This document shows positions 31,300-39,162 of a stretch of 64,000 bases of DNA, one piece after another. Both the position numbers and the translations under genes were made by a program. The notes beneath the pieces are model-generated. The model had not been told where the DNA came from. It was given only the letters and a program-made list of their open reading frames with translations, and did no database searches. Numbering within the stretch: the stretch's first letter is position 1; the number at the start of each line of letters is the position of its first letter. Source of the stretch: Terriglobia bacterium (GTDB lineage Bacteria > Acidobacteriota > Terriglobia > JAJPHL01 > JAPKYU01). The stretch covers positions 896,001 through 960,000 of the forward strand of contig CBDCVK010000010.1 of the NCBI GenBank assembly GCA_965223005.1, given 5' to 3'.

Positions 31300-31968
31300 C
31301 TAACGCGCCTGGAAGCCCGGGCTGGCTACCCGCGGGATCTGGATAGGTTCGTCAGCGGCGTCGGGCCAACGGGAGAAGTGGCTGGAAAGATGAACCAGTC
31401 CGTTCGCGGAGGCGCCACTGTCATGGACGCATGCCTCTGGTGAGAGCGGGTAGACCATGGCCACTTCGTCGCAGCAATTAAGGTGTGGGCAGCGCAGACA
31501 GTCCTTCCAGACCTTCAGCGGAAGTGAGCCGCGATCCACCACCCGGAAGCCGCACTTTTCGAAGAACGGCGCCACGTAGGTAAAGGCAAAAACCACGTCC
31601 AGGTCGTATTCGCGCGCCTCCCGGAGAAGCGCCGCGACAATCTTGCGTCCGATGCCGGACGCCTTTGCCGTTTCGACGACGGCCAGCGAGCGCAATTCAG
31701 CCATCTGCGGGGTGTAGAAGTGGAGCGCGCCGCAGCCGGCCAGTTCCCTCGCCGGATTGGGTGCCCCGTCAGGTGGGGAAAGCATTCCTGCCTGCCCGGA
31801 CACGCCAAGGGCTTGTCCCACGTAGGCTACCGAGAAGTCGCGGATGTTCTCGCACATCTCGAATTCGGTGCGAGGCAACATCAGTCCTCCCTGGGCATAG
31901 CTATTGATCAGTTCCAGCATCGCCGACGCGTCGGAGGGGCGGGCCTTGCGGATGTGCACGTCAGGCAT
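31300..31968 (-). CDS. argA: Short-form amino-acid N-acetyltransferase (GNAT, ArgA-like)
   Basis: MLPR..E..ENIRDF, ELRSLAV, GIG, and C-terminal KVWKDCLRC..CDE. Lies in the argCB operon; start ATG 31968. Confidence 0.82.
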   Translation of the reverse strand: MPDVHIRKARPSDASAMLELINSYAQGGLMLPRTEFEMCENIRDFSVAYVGQALGVSGQAGMLSPPDGAPNPARELAGCGALHFYTPQMAELRSLAVVETAKASGIGRKIVAALLREAREYDLDVVFAFTYVAPFFEKCGFRVVDRGSLPLKVWKDCLRCPHLNCCDEVAMVYPLSPEACVHDSGASANGLVHLSSHFSRWPDAADEPIQIPRVASPGFQAR

Positions 31969-32785
31969 GTGTCGCTCCCGGAGCGTCCACTCTGGCCAGG
32001 GCGGGATTGGCCCGCACTGCGGTACCCGACGCCTCCCCGGCCAGCAGCCGGCGCAGGATGCCCGGCTGACGGCCTCCAGCAATTTCCACCTCCGGCACAC
32101 CCTTCTCCACTGCCGTCACGGCCGAGCGCAGCTTGGCCAGCATGCCACCGCTGACCACGCCAGTGTCAATCAGCTCCCGAACGCGCGCTGGGGAGAGTTC
32201 CGGAAAGACCTCACCGCTGGCGCCGTAGACGCCGTCCACGTCCGTCAGAAACACCAGCCGGTCGGCCATCCAGCCAGCAGCGCAGGCCACCGCGACTTCG
32301 TCGGCGTTGACGTTCAGGATCTGGCCGCTTCGACTGACTGCTAACGGAGCCAGCAGCGGCACAAAGCCACCAGCCGCTAGGGTATCGAACAGTTGCGTAT
32401 GGACATGCTCGATGCGTCCGACCAAGCCCAGATCCACGCGTTGGTTGTTGGCCGGGGTGGCCATCAGGCACCCGGCGTCCACTCCGGAAATCCCGCAGGC
32501 GGGCACGCCCTCTGCGGAAAAAGCCGCCAGCAGCTGGTGGTTCACGGACCCAGCCATTACCTTCACCGCCGCATCCAGCACTTCCGGAGAGGTGACGCGG
32601 CGCCCTTCGACGAACGTCGCCTCGATGCCGACTCCCTTCAGGAATGCCGTCAGTTGTGCGCCGCCACCATGCACTACCAGCAGGCGGTGGCCTGCCGCCA
32701 TCGCGCTGCCAATCTGCAGCGCCAGCAGGCGCGGTGCCTCTTCGTCCTGGACCAGCGTGCCGCCGATCTTGACCACCACTCTCAT
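31961..32785 (-). CDS. argB: Acetylglutamate kinase
   Basis: VVKIGG, VHGGG, GRRVT, NVNAD, LTDVDGV and GGMLAK motifs. Confidence 0.96.
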   Translation of the reverse strand: MRVVVKIGGTLVQDEEAPRLLALQIGSAMAAGHRLLVVHGGGAQLTAFLKGVGIEATFVEGRRVTSPEVLDAAVKVMAGSVNHQLLAAFSAEGVPACGISGVDAGCLMATPANNQRVDLGLVGRIEHVHTQLFDTLAAGGFVPLLAPLAVSRSGQILNVNADEVAVACAAGWMADRLVFLTDVDGVYGASGEVFPELSPARVRELIDTGVVSGGMLAKLRSAVTAVEKGVPEVEIAGGRQPGILRRLLAGEASGTAVRANPALARVDAPGATHA

Positions 32786-33729
32786 CGCAGCCCTCGTGAT
32801 GGGTCGAACCCCAGCATCAGGTTCATGTTCTGTACCGCCTGTCCGGCTGCCCCTTTTCCCAGGTTATCAATGCAGGAGACAATGACCGCGCGCGTCCCCC
32901 TCTCGTCCAGCGTCAGGTACAGGTCGCAGAAGTTCGTGCCGCGCACATCGTGCAGATTGGGCGTGCCCTGATCGCGCACCCGGATAAAACCGCCCTCGGG
33001 GTAGCGCCCGCGGTAGAGCGCCAGCAGCTCCAGGCGCGTCCACGGCCGGCGCAGCTTGACATACATGGTGGAGAGGATACCGCGGGTCACTGGTAGCAGG
33101 TGTGCCGTGAAAAAGAAATCTTCCAGTGTTACGCCCAACGCCTGAACCATTTCCGGCACATGCCGGTGCCGCAGCACGGCGTAGGCCTTGAAGTTCTCGT
33201 TGACTTCCACAAAATGTGTTGCTGCCGCGGGCCGGTGCCCGGCGCCGCTCACCCCCGACTTGGCATCGCAGATGACGCCCACCGAGGTGTCCAGTGCGCC
33301 GCAGCAGACCAGCGGGTGCAGCCCGCAGATCACCGCCGTGGGGTAACAGCCGGGGTTGGCGACCAGGCGCGCGCCCGGCACTGCCTCGCCATTCAGCTCG
33401 GTGAGGCCGTAGACGGCTTCAGGCAGCAGTTCCGGCGCAGGATGCTCCATCCCGTACCAGTCGGCGAACATCCTGGCGTCTTTGAGGCGGAATGCCCCGC
33501 TCAGGTCCACCACTTTCGCGCCCGCCCCCAGAGCCTGGGGCGCCGCTTCCAGCGACACTTCGTGAGGCGTGGCCAAGAACACCAGCACGAGGCCGTGTTG
33601 GCGCACCGCCGCGCCCATCTTGGTCGTATTTTCCAGAGCCACCGGGCGCACACCACCGTGCCAGGCGAGCAAGCTCATCAGCTCCTGCCCGCTGTAGCCC
33701 GACACTCCCAGAACTGCGACGTTCGACAC
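32782..33729 (-). CDS. argC: N-acetyl-gamma-glutamyl-phosphate reductase
   Basis: GVSGYSG, DLSGAFRL, ANPGCYPT, KSGVSGAG and DNLGKGAAGQAVQNMN motifs. Confidence 0.96.
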   Translation of the reverse strand: MSNVAVLGVSGYSGQELMSLLAWHGGVRPVALENTTKMGAAVRQHGLVLVFLATPHEVSLEAAPQALGAGAKVVDLSGAFRLKDARMFADWYGMEHPAPELLPEAVYGLTELNGEAVPGARLVANPGCYPTAVICGLHPLVCCGALDTSVGVICDAKSGVSGAGHRPAAATHFVEVNENFKAYAVLRHRHVPEMVQALGVTLEDFFFTAHLLPVTRGILSTMYVKLRRPWTRLELLALYRGRYPEGGFIRVRDQGTPNLHDVRGTNFCDLYLTLDERGTRAVIVSCIDNLGKGAAGQAVQNMNLMLGFDPSRGLR

Positions 33730-33741
33730 CAGAGGGTCCCT

Positions 33742-33779
33742 TACGAATAATTATTCACTGCCATGTATATTTATACCAG
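33742..33779. promoter_or_regulatory. Tandem ARG boxes (ArgR operator)
   Basis: TACGAATAATTATTCACT and CATGTATATTTATACCAG, two 18-mers 2 bp apart, directly upstream of argC. Both match the wnTGAATwwwwATTCAnw consensus. Confidence 0.85.
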
Positions 33780-33910
33780 AGCCCGGATCGCCGGTCAATG
33801 CGAAAATCCGACAGCGCATTGCCTCGGTTGGATCTCGACCGCGGCAGCGCTGCCAGCTTACGCCGCGCGCGGCGGCAAGAGAGAGTACGTGAGCTTGAAG
33901 CGGAACATTT

Positions 33911-33979
33911 TGGTGAGCTCGGCAGGAGTCGGACCTGCACCCTGAGGATTCAGAGTCCAGGACTAGCTGCTTTAGGCTC
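33911..33979 (-). pseudogene. Degenerate tRNA-like remnant (CTG anticodon-like loop)
   Basis: Minus strand reads GGA-CTCTGAA-TCC...GCAGG-TCCGACT-CCTGC-CGAGCTC-ACCA: T-arm, acceptor 3' strand and CCA. The 5' acceptor strand and D-arm pair poorly. Confidence 0.45.
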
Positions 33980-34036
33980 GCGCCTGAAGTCTAGTTGCCT
34001 TTGCTGACTCCACCGCCAAAGAAGCTGGCCAGACGG

Positions 34037-37000
34037 CTACTCCACGGCGAGAATCACAGTGTTGCTGGGGATCCCGTTCTGCGTGAGGACCAGCGGGACC
34101 GCACCGCCCGGCGCAACGCCGGCCGGCACCACCACGTTCACTTGGTAGAGTCCCACGAAGCCCGGCGCCAGACCCTGGTAGGCTACCGCGGCTTCGAGCC
34201 CTCCGATGGTCACCGTCACCGGCAGTTGCACGGTGCTGAACGAGGGCGCGGGAGCTCCCGTTTCCACCTGCTCCTGCACGGCGCCCAGGCCGGTGCAGAA
34301 GATCTGTATCGTGTCTCCAGGGCCTACCGGGTTCTGCGCCGTCACCAGCAGGAACGAGGCGTCCAGGATGGCGGCGTTTTCACCCGCAATGAAGATGCCC
34401 GGCTGCACCGGAGCAATCCGGTAGTTCTGCGGTGAAGTCAGCAGGTCACCCACGTTGACGGTGACCCCAACGTCATCGCCGGGGCGGGTCTCAAACGGCA
34501 CCTGCGCGTTGATCTGCCCCGGGCCGGCGAAATACAACGGCGCATCTCGGTCGCCAATCCGTACGCTGTCCCCGGCCAGATCCCGCTCCAGCGGCAGCTG
34601 GGTGGCGAAGTTGTTCTCGGTCGCGAAGCGCGCGCCGAACAAGGAGATGATGCCACCGGGCGCCAGCGGCCGTCGCGGCGCGAAGCCGGCTCCTTCCACC
34701 ACCCCGTCGGGAAACAGCACCGGCAACTCCACGGCTCCGGGCGCCGCCGCCGTGGAAACCGTGAAGGAGCGACGCGCCGTAGCAAACGAGGGATGCAGCG
34801 CCACAAACGTCACCGTCACCTCGGTCGCCTCGCTCACCGGCGTCCAGGTGCCAGTGTAGAAACCGTCGCCCAGCGACCGCAGCGAGATATTCAACCCTTC
34901 GATGCTGGCCAGCACAGTGGCATCGCTAACGACTGTGCCGCAGGTGTCTACCGTCACCGCCGCCAGCACCCTGGGGAAAGATACCGGCAGGCTGAGGCCG
35001 TTGCCAATCGTGGTGGCCAGCAGTTGTAGCCCCGATGGAGCGCACTGGGCCGTGCGTGGCGGACCCACTGCCCGGGTCCGCAGCGCACTGCCCGGCGGCG
35101 TCACGATCAGCAACACGTCTACCTGCTGCGGCCCGCCGGAGGAGAAGGTGCCGGTGATGGTGCCCTCGTAGACGCCGGCCGCCAGCCCCGACGGGTTCAC
35201 CGAAACTTGCGTCGTGAACGGACCGCCCGACGCGGTCCCGCTCGACGGACTCACCATCAGCCAGTCCCCGCCGGAACTGGTCGCAGCCACAAAGTCTGCC
35301 GTGAGTGTTCCTCCTCCTGCGTTGCTCACGGTCAGGTCTTGCTCCGCCAGCAGCGCGCCATCCTGCTCGGCGACGAACAGCATCCCGTTGGGGCTAATGT
35401 CGGCCGTCGCGGGTGTGGCCGTCGGCGCCACCTGCAGCGTCGCCGAGAACAATTGCGGATTGTTGCTGGCCCCCGGCGCCGATACCGTCACCAGCACCTG
35501 CAAGACCCCGGCCGCCAGCCCCGACGGGTTGGCCGCCAGGGTGATCGCCGAAGCCTGGGCCGCGCCCACGCCCGCCGTCCCCGACGCCGGGGAGGCCGTC
35601 AGCCAGGAAGGCAGGCTGGAGAGGGACCAGTTCACCGCTGCGGTCCCGTTGTTCAACACCCGCAGCGTCTGCGCCGGCGGCGCGAATCCGCCTTCCGCCA
35701 CCCGGAACAGAAACGCCGTCTGGTCCAACAGCAGCTGGCCTCCCGGCGAGGTCACCACCGCCTGCAAGGGGACTGCAGCGGAAAAGCCAGTTTCCGTATC
35801 GGTCACGGTGATTACCGCCTGGAATACTCCAGCGGCCAGCGCTGCAAAGTCGACCTCGGCGGTGACGGTCGCCGGTTGCGCCAGGGTGGCGGTGCCGGAG
35901 GCAGGAGAAACAGTGAGCCAGCCGCTTCCATTCAATAGCGTCGCCGCTACGCTCCAGTTCACCGTGCCGGCGTCGCTGCCGACCTGCAAGGCCTGTTGTG
36001 CAGCGGGATCACCGACGGCCCCGGAGAAGCTCAGCGTCAAGGGCAACACGGTCAGGGCGGAAGGCTCCGGCGTTCCCGCCTGAGTTGCCGTGAAAGTTTG
36101 GCCGGCAATGGTCATCGTCCCGGTGCGTGAACTGCTGCCGGTGTTGACCGCCACCGAGTACTCTACGGTGCCATTGCCGCTGCCGCTCTCGCCTGAGGTG
36201 ATGCTGATCCAACTGTCGTTGCTCGCGGCGGTCCACATGCACCCTTCCGGCGCCATCACTGCCACGCTGCCGGTTCCTCCACTGGCCGCGAAAGATTCAC
36301 TGATCGGGGCAATGGAGAAAGTGCAGCCCACGGCCACATCGCTGATCTTGGCGATAAAAACGTCCGTGGCTCCGGCGTGATCGGCCTGAAAGGGATTCAC
36401 CGTCGGGAAGTCGCCCGAACCCGTCTGACCTGTCACGTAAGCGTTGCCAGAGGCGTCTACGGCGATGGCATAGCCAATGTCGCTACCGTTGCCGCCCAGG
36501 TAGGTGGAGTAAACCAGAGCGTTGCCGGGGGAATTCAATTTCGTCACAAAGACGTCCGAGATGCCGTCCAAGGTCGCCTGCAGTGGATTGGCCGTGGGGA
36601 AGTTGGTCGATCGCGTCAGGCCCATCACGTAGGCGTTGCCGGAGGCGTCTACGGCGATGCCGAAGGGCTCATCCCCGCCGCTGCCGCCAAGATACGTGGA
36701 GTAAACCAACACATTGCCGGCGGCGTTCAACTTCGTCACAAACGCGTCGCGGTTGCCGCCGCCGTGAGCGGCCTGGATGGGACTGGCAGTGGGGAAGTCG
36801 GTCGAATCCGTCCGGCCCGTCACGTAAGCGTTGCCGGAGCTGTCCACGGCGATGCCTACCGCGCCAAGCGAAGATTCAGCTCCGCTGCCGCCGAGATAGG
36901 TGGAGTAAACGAGAGCGCTACCGGCGGCATTCAATTTCGCCACAAACGCGTCCCAGATGCCGCCGCCGTGGGCGGGCTGGATGGGGCTGGCAGTGGGGAA

Positions 37001-38533
37001 GTCGGGAGAAAGTGTTGAACCCATCACATAGGCGCTGCCGGAGGTGTCTACGGCAATATCAAAGCCCTCATCTGCTGCGCTGCCGCCGAGGTAGGTAGAG
37101 TAAACCAGAGCGGAGCCGGCGGCATTGAGTTTCGCCACAAATACGTCAAATTGGAGGTTCTTATCGGGCTGCATAGGACTGGCAGTGGGGAAGTCGTCCG
37201 AATTTGTGCTGCCCGCCACATAGGCGTTGCCCGAGGCGTCTACGGCGATGCCGTAGCCCTCGTCCCTGTTAGTGCCGCCCAGGTAGGTGGAGTAAACGAG
37301 AGAGTTGCCGGCGGCATTCAACTTCGTCACAAACGCGTCGCGCGAGCCGCCACCGTTAGCGGCCTGGATGGGACTGGCAGTGGGGAAGTCGGTCGAATCC
37401 GTCCGGCCCGTCACGTAAGCGTTGCCGGAGCTGTCTACGGCGATCCCTACCTCGCCAAGCGAAGATTCATCGCCGCTGCCGCCAAGGTAGGTGGAATAAA
37501 CCAGAGCATTGCCGGCGGCATTCAATTTCGTCACAAACGCGTCCCAGGTGCCGCCGCTGTGGGCGGGCTGGATGGGGCTGGCAGTGGGGAAGACGCTAGA
37601 CGTTTGACCCCTCACATAGGCGTTGCCCGAGGCGTCTACGGCTATGCCCCAGCCAATGTCGCTGCCGCCGTCGCCCAGGTAGGTGGAATAGCTCAGCACC
37701 GGATCAATGATGAGGGGCTTGCTGCGATCATACGCAGCCACCTGGAAGCCGACCTCGCGCCCGCCGTTGAGCACGTAGGCCCCCGCGATTTCCCGCCGGA
37801 CGCCGTCCACTTCCTGATAGACCAGCGGCTTGTGCTGGCGAATCTCTCCGCCAGGGGTATCAAGCACGAGGTCGCCCTGAGCATCAATGCGAAGCCGCTC
37901 GACGCCCTCAAAGCTGAGCGTGATGCCGCGCGGATCGGCCCCCGGCTCAACCACCAGGTCATACTCCAGTCGGCGCTGGTTGCCGTAGTAAACCAGGTCC
38001 ACACCCGGGTAGACCTCGTCGTATTGCACTTTGGCGTAGTGAGGCACTCTTGTGCGCCACTTGGAGGGATCGTTGCCGATGAAATAGTTGTTCTTGCCAG
38101 GCAGCTCCTCCAGCCCACTCACCCGTGGCGATGGGTTGGCGCCGACCAGCTTCATGCGTACCACACTGGGCGGGGCAGCAGGAACCTGCTCCGCTTCTGC
38201 ATTGGCGTGCCTTGTGCGCCCTCTGTTGGACACGACGGGCTTGCGTAAGGCCAACACGGCCTCAGTTGGGGTTAAAAACAGAGAGTAGCCGCTGCCGCGC
38301 GACAGGAAGTTCACCCGGCCGTCAGTCTGGCCCTGATTGGCTTCAAAGCTCAGAGGCAGCTTGCCGTAGTTCTCCACAACCTGCGGCTTGTTGGCCGCTG
38401 GATATTTCGCTGCGGAGTATGGCTTAGGAGTAAGGAGTGGGCCCGGATCCAACCTCATCAGGCCGACAGCTAGCAGCCCGAGCGCTAGCAGCGCCATTCC
38501 CGGTCCTACGTTACGGATCAAGGTCCTACGCAC
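34037..38533 (-). CDS. Large secreted SBBP beta-propeller protein with BACON-like domains and C-terminal TIGR03437-like domain
   Basis: LPLSFEANQGQ N-domain, seven xxIAVDxSGxAYVxG...LVYSTYLGG blades, WLxVSPxSG repeats and a GLAPGFVGLYQVN C-terminus. GTG 38533 follows GAGGAGG. Confidence 0.88.
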   Translation of the reverse strand: MRRTLIRNVGPGMALLALGLLAVGLMRLDPGPLLTPKPYSAAKYPAANKPQVVENYGKLPLSFEANQGQTDGRVNFLSRGSGYSLFLTPTEAVLALRKPVVSNRGRTRHANAEAEQVPAAPPSVVRMKLVGANPSPRVSGLEELPGKNNYFIGNDPSKWRTRVPHYAKVQYDEVYPGVDLVYYGNQRRLEYDLVVEPGADPRGITLSFEGVERLRIDAQGDLVLDTPGGEIRQHKPLVYQEVDGVRREIAGAYVLNGGREVGFQVAAYDRSKPLIIDPVLSYSTYLGDGGSDIGWGIAVDASGNAYVRGQTSSVFPTASPIQPAHSGGTWDAFVTKLNAAGNALVYSTYLGGSGDESSLGEVGIAVDSSGNAYVTGRTDSTDFPTASPIQAANGGGSRDAFVTKLNAAGNSLVYSTYLGGTNRDEGYGIAVDASGNAYVAGSTNSDDFPTASPMQPDKNLQFDVFVAKLNAAGSALVYSTYLGGSAADEGFDIAVDTSGSAYVMGSTLSPDFPTASPIQPAHGGGIWDAFVAKLNAAGSALVYSTYLGGSGAESSLGAVGIAVDSSGNAYVTGRTDSTDFPTASPIQAAHGGGNRDAFVTKLNAAGNVLVYSTYLGGSGGDEPFGIAVDASGNAYVMGLTRSTNFPTANPLQATLDGISDVFVTKLNSPGNALVYSTYLGGNGSDIGYAIAVDASGNAYVTGQTGSGDFPTVNPFQADHAGATDVFIAKISDVAVGCTFSIAPISESFAASGGTGSVAVMAPEGCMWTAASNDSWISITSGESGSGNGTVEYSVAVNTGSSSRTGTMTIAGQTFTATQAGTPEPSALTVLPLTLSFSGAVGDPAAQQALQVGSDAGTVNWSVAATLLNGSGWLTVSPASGTATLAQPATVTAEVDFAALAAGVFQAVITVTDTETGFSAAVPLQAVVTSPGGQLLLDQTAFLFRVAEGGFAPPAQTLRVLNNGTAAVNWSLSSLPSWLTASPASGTAGVGAAQASAITLAANPSGLAAGVLQVLVTVSAPGASNNPQLFSATLQVAPTATPATADISPNGMLFVAEQDGALLAEQDLTVSNAGGGTLTADFVAATSSGGDWLMVSPSSGTASGGPFTTQVSVNPSGLAAGVYEGTITGTFSSGGPQQVDVLLIVTPPGSALRTRAVGPPRTAQCAPSGLQLLATTIGNGLSLPVSFPRVLAAVTVDTCGTVVSDATVLASIEGLNISLRSLGDGFYTGTWTPVSEATEVTVTFVALHPSFATARRSFTVSTAAAPGAVELPVLFPDGVVEGAGFAPRRPLAPGGIISLFGARFATENNFATQLPLERDLAGDSVRIGDRDAPLYFAGPGQINAQVPFETRPGDDVGVTVNVGDLLTSPQNYRIAPVQPGIFIAGENAAILDASFLLVTAQNPVGPGDTIQIFCTGLGAVQEQVETGAPAPSFSTVQLPVTVTIGGLEAAVAYQGLAPGFVGLYQVNVVVPAGVAPGGAVPLVLTQNGIPSNTVILAVE

Positions 38534-38715
38534 GGTTGTTCTCCTCCTCGGAAGCGAACGACCAAGGCTACACGCAGCGGGGTCGCATGTCCACTTCGCC
38601 GAGAAAATGTTCTGCGGGATGGGCCGCATTTCGCTCGCATCTACTGCATACCCAAAAAGTTTCTTAAAGCCAGGACTGAGGTACTCGTTGCCGGGCGGCC
38701 TGATAGAATTTCCCT

Positions 38716-39162
38716 ATGAGCGGTTACACCGAAGAACACGCGCGCGCGGGCATCCGGACCAAGCTGCCGGCGCTGGAAACCTGGCCCAACCAGTACGGCG
38801 GCTACACGATCACCATCGAATACCCGGAGTACACCTCGATCTGCCCCAAGACCGGCCTGCCGGATTACGCCACGATCACCATCGAATACGCGCCCGCCGA
38901 GCGGTGCGTGGAGTTGAAATCGCTGAAGATGTACCTGCTGGCCTACCGGAATCTGGGCATCTTCTACGAGAACGCGGTGAACCGGATTCTGGCGGATCTG
39001 GTGGCAGCCTGCCGGCCGGTTTCGGCCACCGTCATCGGCGAATTCACGGCGCGGGGCGGCATGCGCAGCTCTGTCGTGGCCCGCTGGCCCAGACCGGAAG
39101 GTTTAAAGTCCAAGGTCCAAAACCCAAGGTTCCAGGCCCAAGAGTCAAAGCCGAAGCGGTGA
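38716..39162 (+). CDS. queF: preQ1 synthase (NADPH-dependent 7-cyano-7-deazaguanine reductase)
   Basis: PEYTSICPKTGLPDY, VELKSLKMY and RGG motifs. Confidence 0.95.
   Translation: MSGYTEEHARAGIRTKLPALETWPNQYGGYTITIEYPEYTSICPKTGLPDYATITIEYAPAERCVELKSLKMYLLAYRNLGIFYENAVNRILADLVAACRPVSATVIGEFTARGGMRSSVVARWPRPEGLKSKVQNPRFQAQESKPKR

Noticed and set aside
32782-33729. ArgC looks ~25 aa short in the N-terminal domain
   Set aside because: All catalytic motifs are intact and that region is variable; it cannot be called a lesion without an alignment.
33911-33990. tRNA-Sec or tmRNA
   Set aside because: The anticodon-like triplet is CTG rather than TCA, there is no long variable arm, and the 3' end does not fit tmRNA.
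36380-37700. CRISPR-like periodic repeats
   Set aside because: These are in-frame coding repeats (SBBP blades) with no unique spacers and no cas genes.
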